In this document: one piece after another, positions 49,318-59,488 of the stretch
Numbering within the stretch: position 1 is the first letter of the stretch
Layout: each line of letters begins with the position of its first letter
Assembly: GCA_958296135.2 (NCBI GenBank)
Contig: CATQHZ020000001.1
Coordinates: 3,424,001-3,488,000, forward strand
From: an uncultured Poribacteria bacterium
Lineage (GTDB): Bacteria > Poribacteria > WGA-4E > WGA-3G
Direction: 5' to 3'
Length of the DNA stretch: 64,000 bases
Program-made: the position numbers and the translations under genes
Notes under the pieces: generated by a model
Told to the model about the DNA's origin: nothing
The model's input: the letters and a program-made list of their open reading frames with translations, nothing else
Database searches by the model: none

Positions 49318-50335
49318 CCCCTTTTCACCGTAGCGCGAAGGAAAACCTGTCCCCGGTAGGAGAGACCTCCCGGTCTCGATGTTCGGGACCTGTCCCTCGC
49401 GATCCGCCTTGATAGACCGATGCATGGCGCGGCACAGGACCGCGCCCTACGGAGCTAAGGCACCTCTTCACCGTAGCGCGAGGGAAAACCTGTCCCCGGT
49501 AGGAGAGACCTCCCGGTCTCGATGTTCGGGACTGTCCCTCGCGAGCCGCCTTGATAGACCGATGCATGGCGCGGCACAGGACCGCGCCCTACGGACTAAG
49601 GCACCTCTTCACCGTAGCGCGAGGGAAAACCTGTCCCCGGTAGGAGAGACCTCCCGGTCTCGATGTTCGGGACTGTCCCTCGCGATCCTCCTTGATTGAC
49701 CGATGCATGGCGCAGCACAGGACCGCGCCCTACGGACTAAGGGGGCCTTTTCACCGTAGGCCCCTTTTCACCGTAGCGCGAGGGACAGGCCCTCGCGATC
49801 GTTCACGCACCAAGAAAGCCCCCTTTTCACCGATGCATGGCGCAGCACAGGACCGCGCCCTACGGACTAAGGGCCTTTTTACCGTCGCGCCAAAGAGGCC
49901 CCTTTCACCGTAGCGCGAGGGAAAACCTGTCCCCGGTAGGAGAGACCTCCCGGTCTCGATGTTCGGGACCTGTCCCTCGCAATCCTCCTTGATAGACCGA
50001 TGCATGGCGCGGCACAGCACCGCGCCCTACGGACTAAGCACCTTTTCACCTACGGGCCCTTTTAACCGTAGCGCGAGGGCCGTTACGCCGAAACTTTGTC
50101 ATCTCTGCAGCCTCGCTGCAGAGATGTCCACTGTCCCTCGCGATCGTTCACGCAACAAGAAAGCCCCCTTTTCACCGATGCATGGCGCGGCACAGGACCG
50201 CGCCCTACGGACTAAGCACCTTTTCACCGATGCACGGCGAGGCACAAGACCGCGCCCTACGGACGAAGGCACCTTTTTACCGCAGCGCGAAAGAGGCCCT
50301 TTAACCATCACGCGAGAACCTGTCCCACGCAAACG
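49318..50335. repeat. BIME-like mosaic of REP-like palindromes
   Basis: About 120-bp composite units combining three REP families; same units as 43705-44432. Confidence 0.92.
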
Positions 50336-50447
50336 CTCAGACAAAACACGCCAGACTTGCAGAAATCGCGAATTTCTGTTAGACTTTGTCATCAACAGCG
50401 ATGCTTCAATACCTCAAATTTTGTGATTTTTATCAACTCGGAGGAGA

Positions 50448-52127
50448 ATGATGCCCGACAAAATGACAGGCGCGCGGTTTATTGCAGAAACCGTCCACGG
50501 TTACGGAATCACCCACGTCTTTTTTATGCCCTACATCGGTCCCAGAGCGTTGATGGAAATGGAACACCTGGGGATAAAACGCGTGCAGACGCACGGCGAG
50601 AAGGCGGCCGCTTATATGGCAGATGCCTACGCTCGCGTGAAACGCGCGCCCAGCCTCTGCATGGCGCAATCCGTCGGCGCGCTCAATCTCGCCGCCGGAC
50701 TGCAAGACGCGTATCTCGCCTGCTCCCCAGTCATCGCGTTGACTGGACGAGAAAACCAACTGAATCAGCAACGGCACGCCTACCAAGAAGTAGACCACGG
50801 CAATCCGTTCTCGGCAGTGACAAAATACAGCGCGTTCGTCGCCGCACCGGAACAACTCCCCTTCTATTTGCGGCAAGCCTTTCGGGTAGCTACATCTGGC
50901 ACGCCAGGCCCCGTCCATCTCGACCTGGAAGGAATTGCCGGCTCCGCTGTTATCGACAGGGAAGGTGAACTAGCGGTTATCATCGAAGATGGGTTCGCGC
51001 AGCTGCCGCCTTTCCGTCCGGAAGCAGAGACAGAAAAAATAGCGGCGGCACTACAACTGCTCGCCGATGCGGAACGCCCTATTATTGTGGCAGGCGGCGG
51101 CGTTACTGCCTCCGACGCGCGCGCCGAATTGATAACTCTCGCCGAGAAACTCTCTATTCCCGTCGCAACCTCTTTGAATGCAAAGGCGATGTTTCCGAGC
51201 GAGCACCGGCTTGCAGTCGGAGTACCCGGCTCATACTCGCGCGCATGTGCCAATCAAGCCGTTTGCGAGGCAGACCTGGTTTTCTTCATCGGCAGCCACA
51301 CCGGTGGACAGGTGACGAACGGCTACCAAATCCCGCCACAAGGCACACCGATTATCCAACTGGACATCAACCCAGATGAACTGGGACGGAATTATCCGAT
51401 CCGGTTGGGGATGCAAGGCGATGTTAAAAATACACTGCGCCGCATGATTGATGCCGCCGAGACAGCGCAACAGCGCACCGAATGGGTTCAACGCGTGCAA
51501 AAATTAGTGGAGAATTGGAAAGCAAGCGTCAGTGAAAAAGTCAACTCGGAGCAACTGCCGATGCTCCCCGAACGACTCTGTCGCGAGCTGACCGGTTATC
51601 TCCCTTCAGACGCGATTCTCGTCTCCGACACCGGACATTCAGGCATCTGGACAGGGACAATGATAGATCTGAAGCATCCGGAACAGACTTTCATCCGTTG
51701 CGCCGGTTCGCTTGGATGGGGACTCCCTGCGGCATTCGGCGCGAAGTGCGCGGCCCCCGAACGTCCAGTGCTGTGCTTTACCGGTGATGGCGGCATCTGG
51801 TATCACCTGACCGAATTGGATACCGCCACGAAATGCGGGATTAACGCTGTCATCGTGGTGAACAATAACCACTCGCTGAATCAAGAGCAGGGCGGCGTTG
51901 AGTCCGTTTACGGCGGACGCACCCCCGGCTCCGATGAACTCTGGCTCTTCCCTGATGCCGATTTTGCAAAAATGGCTGAATCTATGGGCTGTTTCGGGAT
52001 AACCGTCAACCAACCGAGAGAACTCGCGGGGGCACTAGACGCGGCGTTCGCCTCGGGGAAACCGGCGGTTGTCGATGTCAAAACGCACGTGGAAGGTATC
52101 GCACCACGGGCGTGGATGCCTGCCTAA
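50448..52127 (+). CDS. Thiamine pyrophosphate-dependent enzyme (acetolactate synthase-like family)
   Basis: HGEKAAAYMADAYAR, PGPVHL, GDGG...NN TPP motif. Confidence 0.92.
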   Translation: MMPDKMTGARFIAETVHGYGITHVFFMPYIGPRALMEMEHLGIKRVQTHGEKAAAYMADAYARVKRAPSLCMAQSVGALNLAAGLQDAYLACSPVIALTGRENQLNQQRHAYQEVDHGNPFSAVTKYSAFVAAPEQLPFYLRQAFRVATSGTPGPVHLDLEGIAGSAVIDREGELAVIIEDGFAQLPPFRPEAETEKIAAALQLLADAERPIIVAGGGVTASDARAELITLAEKLSIPVATSLNAKAMFPSEHRLAVGVPGSYSRACANQAVCEADLVFFIGSHTGGQVTNGYQIPPQGTPIIQLDINPDELGRNYPIRLGMQGDVKNTLRRMIDAAETAQQRTEWVQRVQKLVENWKASVSEKVNSEQLPMLPERLCRELTGYLPSDAILVSDTGHSGIWTGTMIDLKHPEQTFIRCAGSLGWGLPAAFGAKCAAPERPVLCFTGDGGIWYHLTELDTATKCGINAVIVVNNNHSLNQEQGGVESVYGGRTPGSDELWLFPDADFAKMAESMGCFGITVNQPRELAGALDAAFASGKPAVVDVKTHVEGIAPRAWMPA

Positions 52128-52267
52128 ATTTTACCTCTGTCAGTTGGACCGGAGCAGACTGAACCACGTAAGCGCGGTTGGAAACCGCGAAAGGTGGCGT
52201 GTCGGCTTGCTTCCAACGCGCGCCGACCGGAACGGATAGATTGGCGTAACGCCTATGGCCTTAAGAA

Positions 52268-53407
52268 TCATTGGCAGGTTTCAGCAACCAACGTATCTAA
52301 ATTCACAAATTTGACATGGGTGCCGTTGTAATCCCTTGTGAAAGCATGCTCTATATCGTGCGCGACAACAAAATTCTTGCCTTCCGGATACTGCCTGCGG
52401 AAAGCGAGTAACGGACGAGGTGAAAATCCTGAAGCAGACCACTTGCACTCAATAGCGATCGGTATGTCCCGCACACGTCCAAGCACAAAATCCACTTCAT
52501 GGCCCCTTTTGTCGCGCCAATACTGAATCTCGCGAGACTGTCTGTGCGCCATAATCTCGTTGAGAACAAAATGTTCCCAGAGCAAACCCAGGTCTTCCTG
52601 GCGCAGTTGGGACCACCCTTGATGATAGCAGACGAACCCGGTATCAAATCCGTAGACTTTCGGAGCAGCAACAATCTCTGTTGAACGACGCGAATTGAAG
52701 GGGCGGATAATATGCACGACGAAGGTTGCCTCCAAAATGGAGAGATAGTTTGATATCGTGACACGACTGACCTCGCACGGACGTGCAAAACGGGTAGCCT
52801 CGAAAATACCACCGCTCTGTGCCATCAGCAACTCCGTGAATTTCTGAAACGAGTAACGGCGTTCAAGCCGAAAAAGTTCTTGGATGTCTTTTGCCCAGTA
52901 CGCATCCATCCACTCTTGGAACTCGCGTTCAGGAGGCGTTGTCTCAAGAAAAAACGGAGGCAGCCCGCCATGCAACAGACGATGGGGAAGGTCTACGCGA
53001 TTGAAATCACCGAGGTCTGCCTTTATCATCGGGGTTAGCCACAACTCAGTTTTGCGGCCGGCTAGTGTATCCCGAAATTTCGCGCTCGCCCCGAGCGTTG
53101 ACGAACCCGTCGCGATAACCTCAACATGTAAATAGTGATCTGCAGCAATTTTTAATAATTCCGACGGATTCGGTAGGCGATGAATTTCATCAAGAATAAT
53201 CCGCCCGGCCCCAACACTATCAAGAAATCCTTGCGGCTCTTCCATCAACCGTCTGACACGCGGCAGTTCACAATCGAAATATTCACTATCAGGCAGTGTC
53301 TGGCACAAGCACGTTTTCCCAACACGCCGCACGCCGGACAGCCAGATGACCGGACGGCGTTCCCAGGCAGTTTTGATGCGATTGAGCCAAAATTGTCTAT
53401 TTACCAT
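52268..53407 (-). CDS. AAA_14 ATPase with DUF4143 domain
   Basis: GVRRVGKT, ILDEIH, ATGSS, LAGR, PKVYGFDTG, YWRD..EVDF..IECK. Confidence 0.9.
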   Translation of the reverse strand: MVNRQFWLNRIKTAWERRPVIWLSGVRRVGKTCLCQTLPDSEYFDCELPRVRRLMEEPQGFLDSVGAGRIILDEIHRLPNPSELLKIAADHYLHVEVIATGSSTLGASAKFRDTLAGRKTELWLTPMIKADLGDFNRVDLPHRLLHGGLPPFFLETTPPEREFQEWMDAYWAKDIQELFRLERRYSFQKFTELLMAQSGGIFEATRFARPCEVSRVTISNYLSILEATFVVHIIRPFNSRRSTEIVAAPKVYGFDTGFVCYHQGWSQLRQEDLGLLWEHFVLNEIMAHRQSREIQYWRDKRGHEVDFVLGRVRDIPIAIECKWSASGFSPRPLLAFRRQYPEGKNFVVAHDIEHAFTRDYNGTHVKFVNLDTLVAETCQ

Positions 53408-53427
53408 ACATTTATGTTCCTCAGCGC

Positions 53428-53495
53428 GCTACTATATGTCGGCCTGTTTGCATATAGTAGCACTATATGCAAAGCTGCTTGCATATAGTAGCACT
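53428..53495. promoter_or_regulatory. Repeated/inverted CATATAGT motif array (possible operator)
   Basis: Perfect palindrome TTTGCATATAGT-AGC-ACTATATGCAAA plus two further copies upstream of the AAA gene. Confidence 0.5.
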
Positions 53496-53590
53496 TTTTC
53501 ATACCTGAGCCGTACGCGAAAGGTGATTTCTAACATTGAATCAAGGCGAGTGCCTTGGGTATCTGCCTAATGTGCCCGTAGGCGCGGTTT

Positions 53591-54556
53591 TTAACCGCGC
53601 CTTTTCTCGTGCGTCATCTGTGCTTGCGCGATATCGCGGTAGTGGCCCGCCACCGCTTGATTTGGCTCAAGCCGCAACGCCTCATCGTAGTCACGCAGTG
53701 CCGCTTCATATCGCTGCAACACGAAGTTTGCATGCGCGCGGCCGATATAAGCATCCACAGCATCAGGTTTTCGCGACAGTGCCGCGTCGTAATCACGAAT
53801 CGCCGCAGCATAGTCGTGCAGCTGGAAGTGCGTCACGGCACGGTTGAAATAGCCTTCTCCCCGGTCCGGTCTCAAACGGATGGCTTCATCATAATTCTGA
53901 ATCGCCGCGGCGTAGTTGCCGAGCACATAATGGACGCTACCACGGTTGCAATAAGCCTCGGCATCATCGGGTTTCAGCCGGAGGACTGTAGTGTAGGCAG
54001 CAATCGCGTTTTCTCCTCGCCCGGCCTCAGACATGACACTACCGATGTAGAAAAAAGCATCAATAGCAATCTCTTCCTCGGTCCACCTTGGGAACGGCTC
54101 AAGGGCATCGCTTTTTGCGAGGAATGCCTCAATCTTTGCATCTTCCTCCTGAAGTTCAGCCCAGAGTTCTTCTCGTTTCGGAAAATGCTCTTTCTCGTGA
54201 CTTATCATGAAAGTGCCAACACACGCCATCAGGGCGGCTAAAGGATGCTCTTCATCCTGGCCGAGGCTCCAGATGAAATCCTCCATCATAGCGGAGAGCC
54301 GTTTGTATTCGTCACCTGTCACTACAGCGCTGCGCAGGTTTGGGTTCCGATTGACAAGCTGGGTTAATAATTCCTGCACTTCTATCAGCCAGGGCACGGC
54401 ACTTGCCGGAAAGGGATACACCGCAGTGTCTTGATTTTTTGCAGGGCGGTTAACTGGTTGCTGTGGGGCAAAGAGCACCTGTTGGTTCACACCGACAGAA
54501 ACAGAGAGAGCGGGTAGCGATAATACATTCTGTGTCGTTCGTATCGGACTTAACAT
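53591..54556 (-). CDS. TPR protein with HigA-like N-terminal segment
   Basis: DEYKRL..DEEHPLAALM..VG..HEKEHFP followed by about four TPRs (AYCNRG, YFNRA, AYIGRA). Confidence 0.8.
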   Translation of the reverse strand: MLSPIRTTQNVLSLPALSVSVGVNQQVLFAPQQPVNRPAKNQDTAVYPFPASAVPWLIEVQELLTQLVNRNPNLRSAVVTGDEYKRLSAMMEDFIWSLGQDEEHPLAALMACVGTFMISHEKEHFPKREELWAELQEEDAKIEAFLAKSDALEPFPRWTEEEIAIDAFFYIGSVMSEAGRGENAIAAYTTVLRLKPDDAEAYCNRGSVHYVLGNYAAAIQNYDEAIRLRPDRGEGYFNRAVTHFQLHDYAAAIRDYDAALSRKPDAVDAYIGRAHANFVLQRYEAALRDYDEALRLEPNQAVAGHYRDIAQAQMTHEKRRG

Positions 54557-54562
54557 AGGTTC

Positions 54563-54904
54563 TTACCTCTTTTTCAGCCACGCATCATACTCGGCATGCG
54601 TGAACACTTCATGAACGGTAACCCACTGCGGTTTATATTGCATAATTGCAATCAAGCGCGCTTTGTTACCCCCAATGTTGAAAACGGTAAAGATGATTTC
54701 TTTTTTCACTCGAGGGCCTCGCTGCTCCGGATGAGCGGAGACTTCCTTTTTTACCAGATCTGCGTGCGGAAACACCTCACGAACTTCATTGATTGAACCG
54801 AACCGGCCTCTCTCAATCCATTTACGCCAGTGGTTGAATCCCGATTTGCTGTTTGGATGTCTCTGGACAAAATCGTCCAACTTCTGCGGAGAAACAATCT
54901 GCAT
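54563..54904 (-). CDS. higB: HigB-family toxin
   Basis: MQIVS..L..F, FPHAD.V, VFNIGGNKARLI, FTHAEYD; start placed at ATG 54904. Confidence 0.85.
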   Translation of the reverse strand: MQIVSPQKLDDFVQRHPNSKSGFNHWRKWIERGRFGSINEVREVFPHADLVKKEVSAHPEQRGPRVKKEIIFTVFNIGGNKARLIAIMQYKPQWVTVHEVFTHAEYDAWLKKR

Positions 54905-55084
54905 CAGAAAACCATTTGTATTGTGTTGCAGGCGAGGGTTCCGCGCAGCTGCTTCGCACGTCCCAACACCAGGCGAAGCATCAACACTGAAACTACAGCC
55001 ACCACCGCCCCGGCATCTCCCCAATAAATTTTATCGCCAGATAAGACAGACAAATTTAGAAAATGCACCTGCTAACTGAGTCGT

Positions 55085-55462
55085 TCAACCATCGTATTCC
55101 ACCACAACATCGTCCCCATCGATTTTCACGGGATACGTAGCAACCCGCAGCGTTGCGTCTACGCGGCACTGGCCGGTTGCAATATCAAACGTCCACTGAT
55201 GCCACGGGCAGCGCAAAACCTCGCCCAAGCCGTCAACGGAGAGCCTCGCGCCTTCCGTTGATGGCGGCGCATCGGCGGCGAACCTGCCGCTGAGTTCACC
55301 GGTGCAGAGCGGGCCCCGCTTATGCGGACAGATGTTCCGCACGGCATAAAAGGTGCCAGCGACGTTGAACACTCCAACACCCGCCTTGCCCCGGAACGGA
55401 ACGATAATCTTCCGTTCCCCCGGCGGAATCTCCGATACCTTTCCCACGACAACCCGAGCCAT
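55085..55462 (-). CDS. Rieske [2Fe-2S] ferredoxin
   Basis: NICPHKRGPL and CPWHQWTFD; start at ATG 55462 after AGGAGA. Confidence 0.9.
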   Translation of the reverse strand: MARVVVGKVSEIPPGERKIIVPFRGKAGVGVFNVAGTFYAVRNICPHKRGPLCTGELSGRFAADAPPSTEGARLSVDGLGEVLRCPWHQWTFDIATGQCRVDATLRVATYPVKIDGDDVVVEYDG

Positions 55463-55587
55463 GATTCTTTCTCCTATTTTCCCGACCGGACTGCAGCGGA
55501 AACTACGCGCACATTTCACCCAACTGTAAGGGCAGATTTCTACGGTTTCCGCCCGCCGGTCAGCATCATCCGATGATTTTCTTGCGC

Positions 55588-56745
55588 CTACGGCATGCGC
55601 AGGATATCCAACGCATTTTGTGCGAAAATGCGATGGTGCAAATCATCGGAAAGCTTTGGAAAGACAGTCACCGGGTCATTCCAATCAAAATGCGGAAAGT
55701 CCGAACAGAATATCAGCGTCTCGTCGGCATGGAGCATGTCCAACATCTGATACATCTGCTCCGGTCTCTCAGGCTCGTGCATCGGCTGCGAACCGATGCG
55801 GATGTGCTCGCGAAAGTATTCACTCGGCAGCCGCTTCACCCAAGGTGTCTGGTCGCGCAGGGCCTTCCAATCCGTATCAAGGTGCCACATCACCGAGACT
55901 GCCCACAACTGTTGCGCCTCAATAAGGGCAAATTTCAGGTTCGGGAACTTCTCGAACACACCTTCACAGATGAGCGACGTGGCATGCGTGCTGGCAACGT
56001 AAGGACGGCTCATCCGTGTTTCCATGTAGTAGGTAGGGTGCCCGACAGGTGTCGGTGTCGTCCGGGTTGCACCGCCGCCACCGCCGATGTGCGAGACAAC
56101 CGGTAAACCATGTTCTTCACACGCCGCCCAGATGGGATGATAAAAGCGGTTGCCAAACGGCCGACTCGTCCCCATCGGTACCATCACGGCGACGGTGTCC
56201 TTCCGGGCTGCCAGTCTGTTAATCTCTTCAACGGCCTGCGGCGGATCTGAAGGCGATACGAGGATGGCGTTGAAGACGCGCGCGTCCCGCTCAAGCCAAT
56301 GTGCAATCGTCCAATCGTTAAAGGCGCGGCAGAGCGCGGCCGCCCAATCCGGGTCTGGGAGGCCGGAATAGCCGTAGAACGGCGGCGGCCCGGTGAGCAG
56401 CGCGACATCAACATGCCACCTGTCCAAATGTTCCGTTTGGAGGAATTCAAGCGTGAAGTTGAAATCCCTCGGGTCGCCGCCGGTATCCTTATCTTCCGGA
56501 CGTTCCTCCATCTTAAGGCGGCCCTTCAGATCGACGCGGTTGCTCCGAATCGGGATATTCGGATACCCACCGAGATGCAAGCCCTGGTCCAACAGGTGTT
56601 CCTGATAGAACTTCGATAGATAGGGCAACAGCTGGGTGGGATTCCGAAAATTGTGATGCACATCGCAATCGACGATGGCCATGCCGTTTTTCGGTTTGGC
56701 TGTCCAGCCGGGTGCCGTAACCGGTGTTGCGCCAAGTTGACTCAT
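55588..56745 (-). CDS. Amidohydrolase family protein (amidohydro_2)
   Basis: DCDVH, RAFNDW, FEKFPNLK, SDFPHFD. Confidence 0.92.
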   Translation of the reverse strand: MSQLGATPVTAPGWTAKPKNGMAIVDCDVHHNFRNPTQLLPYLSKFYQEHLLDQGLHLGGYPNIPIRSNRVDLKGRLKMEERPEDKDTGGDPRDFNFTLEFLQTEHLDRWHVDVALLTGPPPFYGYSGLPDPDWAAALCRAFNDWTIAHWLERDARVFNAILVSPSDPPQAVEEINRLAARKDTVAVMVPMGTSRPFGNRFYHPIWAACEEHGLPVVSHIGGGGGATRTTPTPVGHPTYYMETRMSRPYVASTHATSLICEGVFEKFPNLKFALIEAQQLWAVSVMWHLDTDWKALRDQTPWVKRLPSEYFREHIRIGSQPMHEPERPEQMYQMLDMLHADETLIFCSDFPHFDWNDPVTVFPKLSDDLHHRIFAQNALDILRMP

Positions 56746-56781
56746 TACGAACGCCTCCTTGTGTCTAAAAATTCAACGTTT

Positions 56782-57597
56782 CTAGGGCCGAAGGGCCACC
56801 TCCGGAACGGTATCATGGGCCCAACCAGTACAGTCGGCATGGACGTACGTGACATCGTTAATCACAATCCGGCGATTGTCAGGAAACTTCTTCACCAAAT
56901 CGTGCCCCCGGAGATGTTGTCCATCGTAGCGTCTGAAAAAAACGGTGCGGCCGCCGCTCTCAATGAAAACTTCCGCGAGTTCTCCGCCGTCTGGTTTAGA
57001 AATATCGGCATCCAAAACGCGGAGACACGTGAAGGTCTGCTCACCTATTGTTACGTCGTAGGTGCCTGCACCGAGTCCCTGCTTGTCAGTGAGCTTGTAG
57101 GAACCATCGGTTTGAAGTTGGTATCGCTCCTCGTCAACGATACGCCGTTGTGTCGGCCCGCCCCACTGCTCTTCAAATCCCTCGTCGCCGAGGGTATAGG
57201 AAACCCTGCTTCCCTCGTCTGTCCAAGCGACAGAAAGCCACCGAGTGTGCTCTGCCTCTAGCACGGCATACATCCACTCCGGGCCTGCCGGCCAGTCATT
57301 CTGCGTCCATTCCTTCACGCGGAGTTCTACACACGCAATGTCCTGAACCATTGCAGGCGCAATAGAAACCAGTTCTGTCACGGCAGCGAGTTTCAACGTT
57401 TCGGCATCATAAGTCGCCCAAAGATAGTGTTCGCCGAGCCGAGGAATAGCGAACCACCATTGGAGCTCAGGGCAATCAACCGCGGAGATTTTCTCTGAAC
57501 TCTCGACAATCGTGACATCAGGACGCGTCGGCGGAAACGGATGAACTGGGATGTCATCATAGAGCGTCGGTTTCGTCCCCATATTAAGCCCCCTCAT
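56782..57597 (-). CDS. Hypothetical protein
   Basis: Long co-oriented ORF with normal composition; no motif recognised. Confidence 0.7.
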   Translation of the reverse strand: MRGLNMGTKPTLYDDIPVHPFPPTRPDVTIVESSEKISAVDCPELQWWFAIPRLGEHYLWATYDAETLKLAAVTELVSIAPAMVQDIACVELRVKEWTQNDWPAGPEWMYAVLEAEHTRWLSVAWTDEGSRVSYTLGDEGFEEQWGGPTQRRIVDEERYQLQTDGSYKLTDKQGLGAGTYDVTIGEQTFTCLRVLDADISKPDGGELAEVFIESGGRTVFFRRYDGQHLRGHDLVKKFPDNRRIVINDVTYVHADCTGWAHDTVPEVALRP

Positions 57598-57614
57598 TCG
57601 CGAACGCCGCAGGC

Positions 57615-58235
57615 TTATTTGCGATACGCATGCCGCTTACTCCTGACGCTGAGCCGCTCAAACGCTGCCGCCGGAAGATATGTCCCCAAAACCTCTTGGA
57701 TTTTCGCTTCCGAGAGGTTCTGCACAGTGATTAAAAGGCACTTTGAACGTGAAGCCGCCCAAGCCCTCTCAAAATCCTTGTAACTCATTCGACGCTTAGA
57801 CAGGTTCGTCGGATGTTGGAGGTACACCTCGTTCGCCCTGTCATCGTATTGGACAACCGGCAGCAACTCCTGACTCTGTCGACTTTGGAGTAGCACGATG
57901 GGTGCCCATCCCTTGGCGATAAATGCCTTCAGGACTTCCAACGAACCGTTGGAGATAATCGCCATGTTATCCACTTGGCTGCGCAGCGTCGCGAAAACAT
58001 CGTCAAGGCCGCCGTTCCCAGGGCGCGGCGGTGTCTTAAAGACATTGCGGAGATAGGGCATCTTCCGCAAATCTACCATCCCGGACGCAGGCAAATTCGC
58101 CTGCTGATTCTGCAGGGATTGCGTCCGGCTAGCCGTCGGGGTTTCTGGGACAGGCGGGAACTTTCCGGTCTGGGGGGGCGGCCCGCAACTGAGCACCCAA
58201 AACCCTAACGCAAAAATCAAAAAAACATTCTTCAT
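57615..58235 (-). CDS. Lipoprotein, possibly peptidase C39-like fold
   Basis: Lipobox VLSC; LKAFIAKGWAPIV, YDD..VYLQHP, FERAW; AAGGAG RBS before ATG 58235. Confidence 0.65.
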   Translation of the reverse strand: MKNVFLIFALGFWVLSCGPPPQTGKFPPVPETPTASRTQSLQNQQANLPASGMVDLRKMPYLRNVFKTPPRPGNGGLDDVFATLRSQVDNMAIISNGSLEVLKAFIAKGWAPIVLLQSRQSQELLPVVQYDDRANEVYLQHPTNLSKRRMSYKDFERAWAASRSKCLLITVQNLSEAKIQEVLGTYLPAAAFERLSVRSKRHAYRK

Positions 58236-58252
58236 TTGTTTCACTCCTTCGT

Positions 58253-59278
58253 TTAATCGATGCGAACTTTGACTTCTCGTTTCTCCTGCCACGATGCAAC
58301 GATAGCTTCCGTGATCCGCAGGGCCTGTAGCCCATCGCGCCCACTCGGTTCAGGCGGACAATCAGCGAGCAAATCGTCAACCAACGCGGTCATCCGTAAC
58401 GCGAATGTCCCATTAAACGCGAGTTGTTCGTCCCGAAAAATGGAGGGCCGGTATTCTTCAACTACCTGATTATCGCGCCGCATCAAGGTAGCGCGGGTGA
58501 GGACGTTGTCAACAACAATCTCGCCCCTGGAGCCGCAGATTTCCAGCCGTTCGATCGGATGGATAAAATCGCTATCCCAACTGGCGAGCAGCGTCGCAAC
58601 TACCTCAGTCTCGTAGCGGAAAGAGATGGCCATGCTCGTATAACAAGCCTCCTCCCCATTGCGGGCCTCATGTTTTCTCGGTTTGGCCATCTCAGCACAC
58701 ACCGCGACAATTTCACCGCCGAACCATCGAAGGAGATCGATGGCGTGCGTCTCCAATTCGTAAAGCAGGTAGTATTCGCCCTTCCACGTAGATGCAGGGC
58801 CGCCCTGCGACAACTTCATATCCAAATAGTAGGTTTGGCCAATCTCGCCTGCATCAAACCACTTCCTGGCTTGGACGTACCCGGGCGCGAAGCGGCGATT
58901 GTAGTCAATTGCAAGGTGCACGCCGACTTCTTCCGCCTTCGCGACCATTTTCTCTGCTTCCTCGATGCGAAGTGCAAGCGGTTTCTCGGAAATGACGTGT
59001 TTCCCCGCTTCAAGGCACTCCATCACCGGTTCAAAATGCAGATGATCTGCCGTAACAACGTCCACCAAGTCGCATTCTTCGCACGCCAGCATCTCTCGGA
59101 TTGAGGGGTACCACTTCGGCACCCCGAGCTCTTCGGCGCGGGCCTTCGCCTTCGCGGCATCGATATCGCAGACTGCCACCAATTCCGCGCCCGGGTGTTG
59201 GAGGTAACCCTGTTGGTGCCGATAGCCGATGCCACCGCACCCGACTGCTGCAACTTTCAGTTTTCCGTCCTTCATGAT
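58253..59278 (-). CDS. Gfo/Idh/MocA oxidoreductase
   Basis: VGCGGIG, GKHVISEKPLA, YNRRF, HAIDL. Confidence 0.93.
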   Translation of the reverse strand: MMKDGKLKVAAVGCGGIGYRHQQGYLQHPGAELVAVCDIDAAKAKARAEELGVPKWYPSIREMLACEECDLVDVVTADHLHFEPVMECLEAGKHVISEKPLALRIEEAEKMVAKAEEVGVHLAIDYNRRFAPGYVQARKWFDAGEIGQTYYLDMKLSQGGPASTWKGEYYLLYELETHAIDLLRWFGGEIVAVCAEMAKPRKHEARNGEEACYTSMAISFRYETEVVATLLASWDSDFIHPIERLEICGSRGEIVVDNVLTRATLMRRDNQVVEEYRPSIFRDEQLAFNGTFALRMTALVDDLLADCPPEPSGRDGLQALRITEAIVASWQEKREVKVRID

Positions 59279-59387
59279 GTTTGCTCCTTTGAACAGTTTG
59301 GGTAAGGTTATCGTCGCGCACATCTCAATGTATATAATAAATCATACACCCAAAAATAGCAAGAAATAACTTTTTGATAAAAAAGAC

Positions 59388-59417
59388 TTGACATTATTAA
59401 AACGCATCGCGTATAAT
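59388..59417 (+). promoter_or_regulatory. Sigma70 promoter for the cysC operon
   Basis: TTGACA-N18-TATAAT. Confidence 0.7.
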
Positions 59418-59488
59418 AGATAGAGTAGAATACTTTTTATTGAGGCACCTTATCAAGGCCTCAAAATTTTTGATGTGAGGAAAATCGA

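Noticed and set aside
43705-50335. CRISPR array interpretation of the regular repeats
   Set aside because: The linkers are themselves repeated, the units are alternating palindromes of several families, and no cas genes are present
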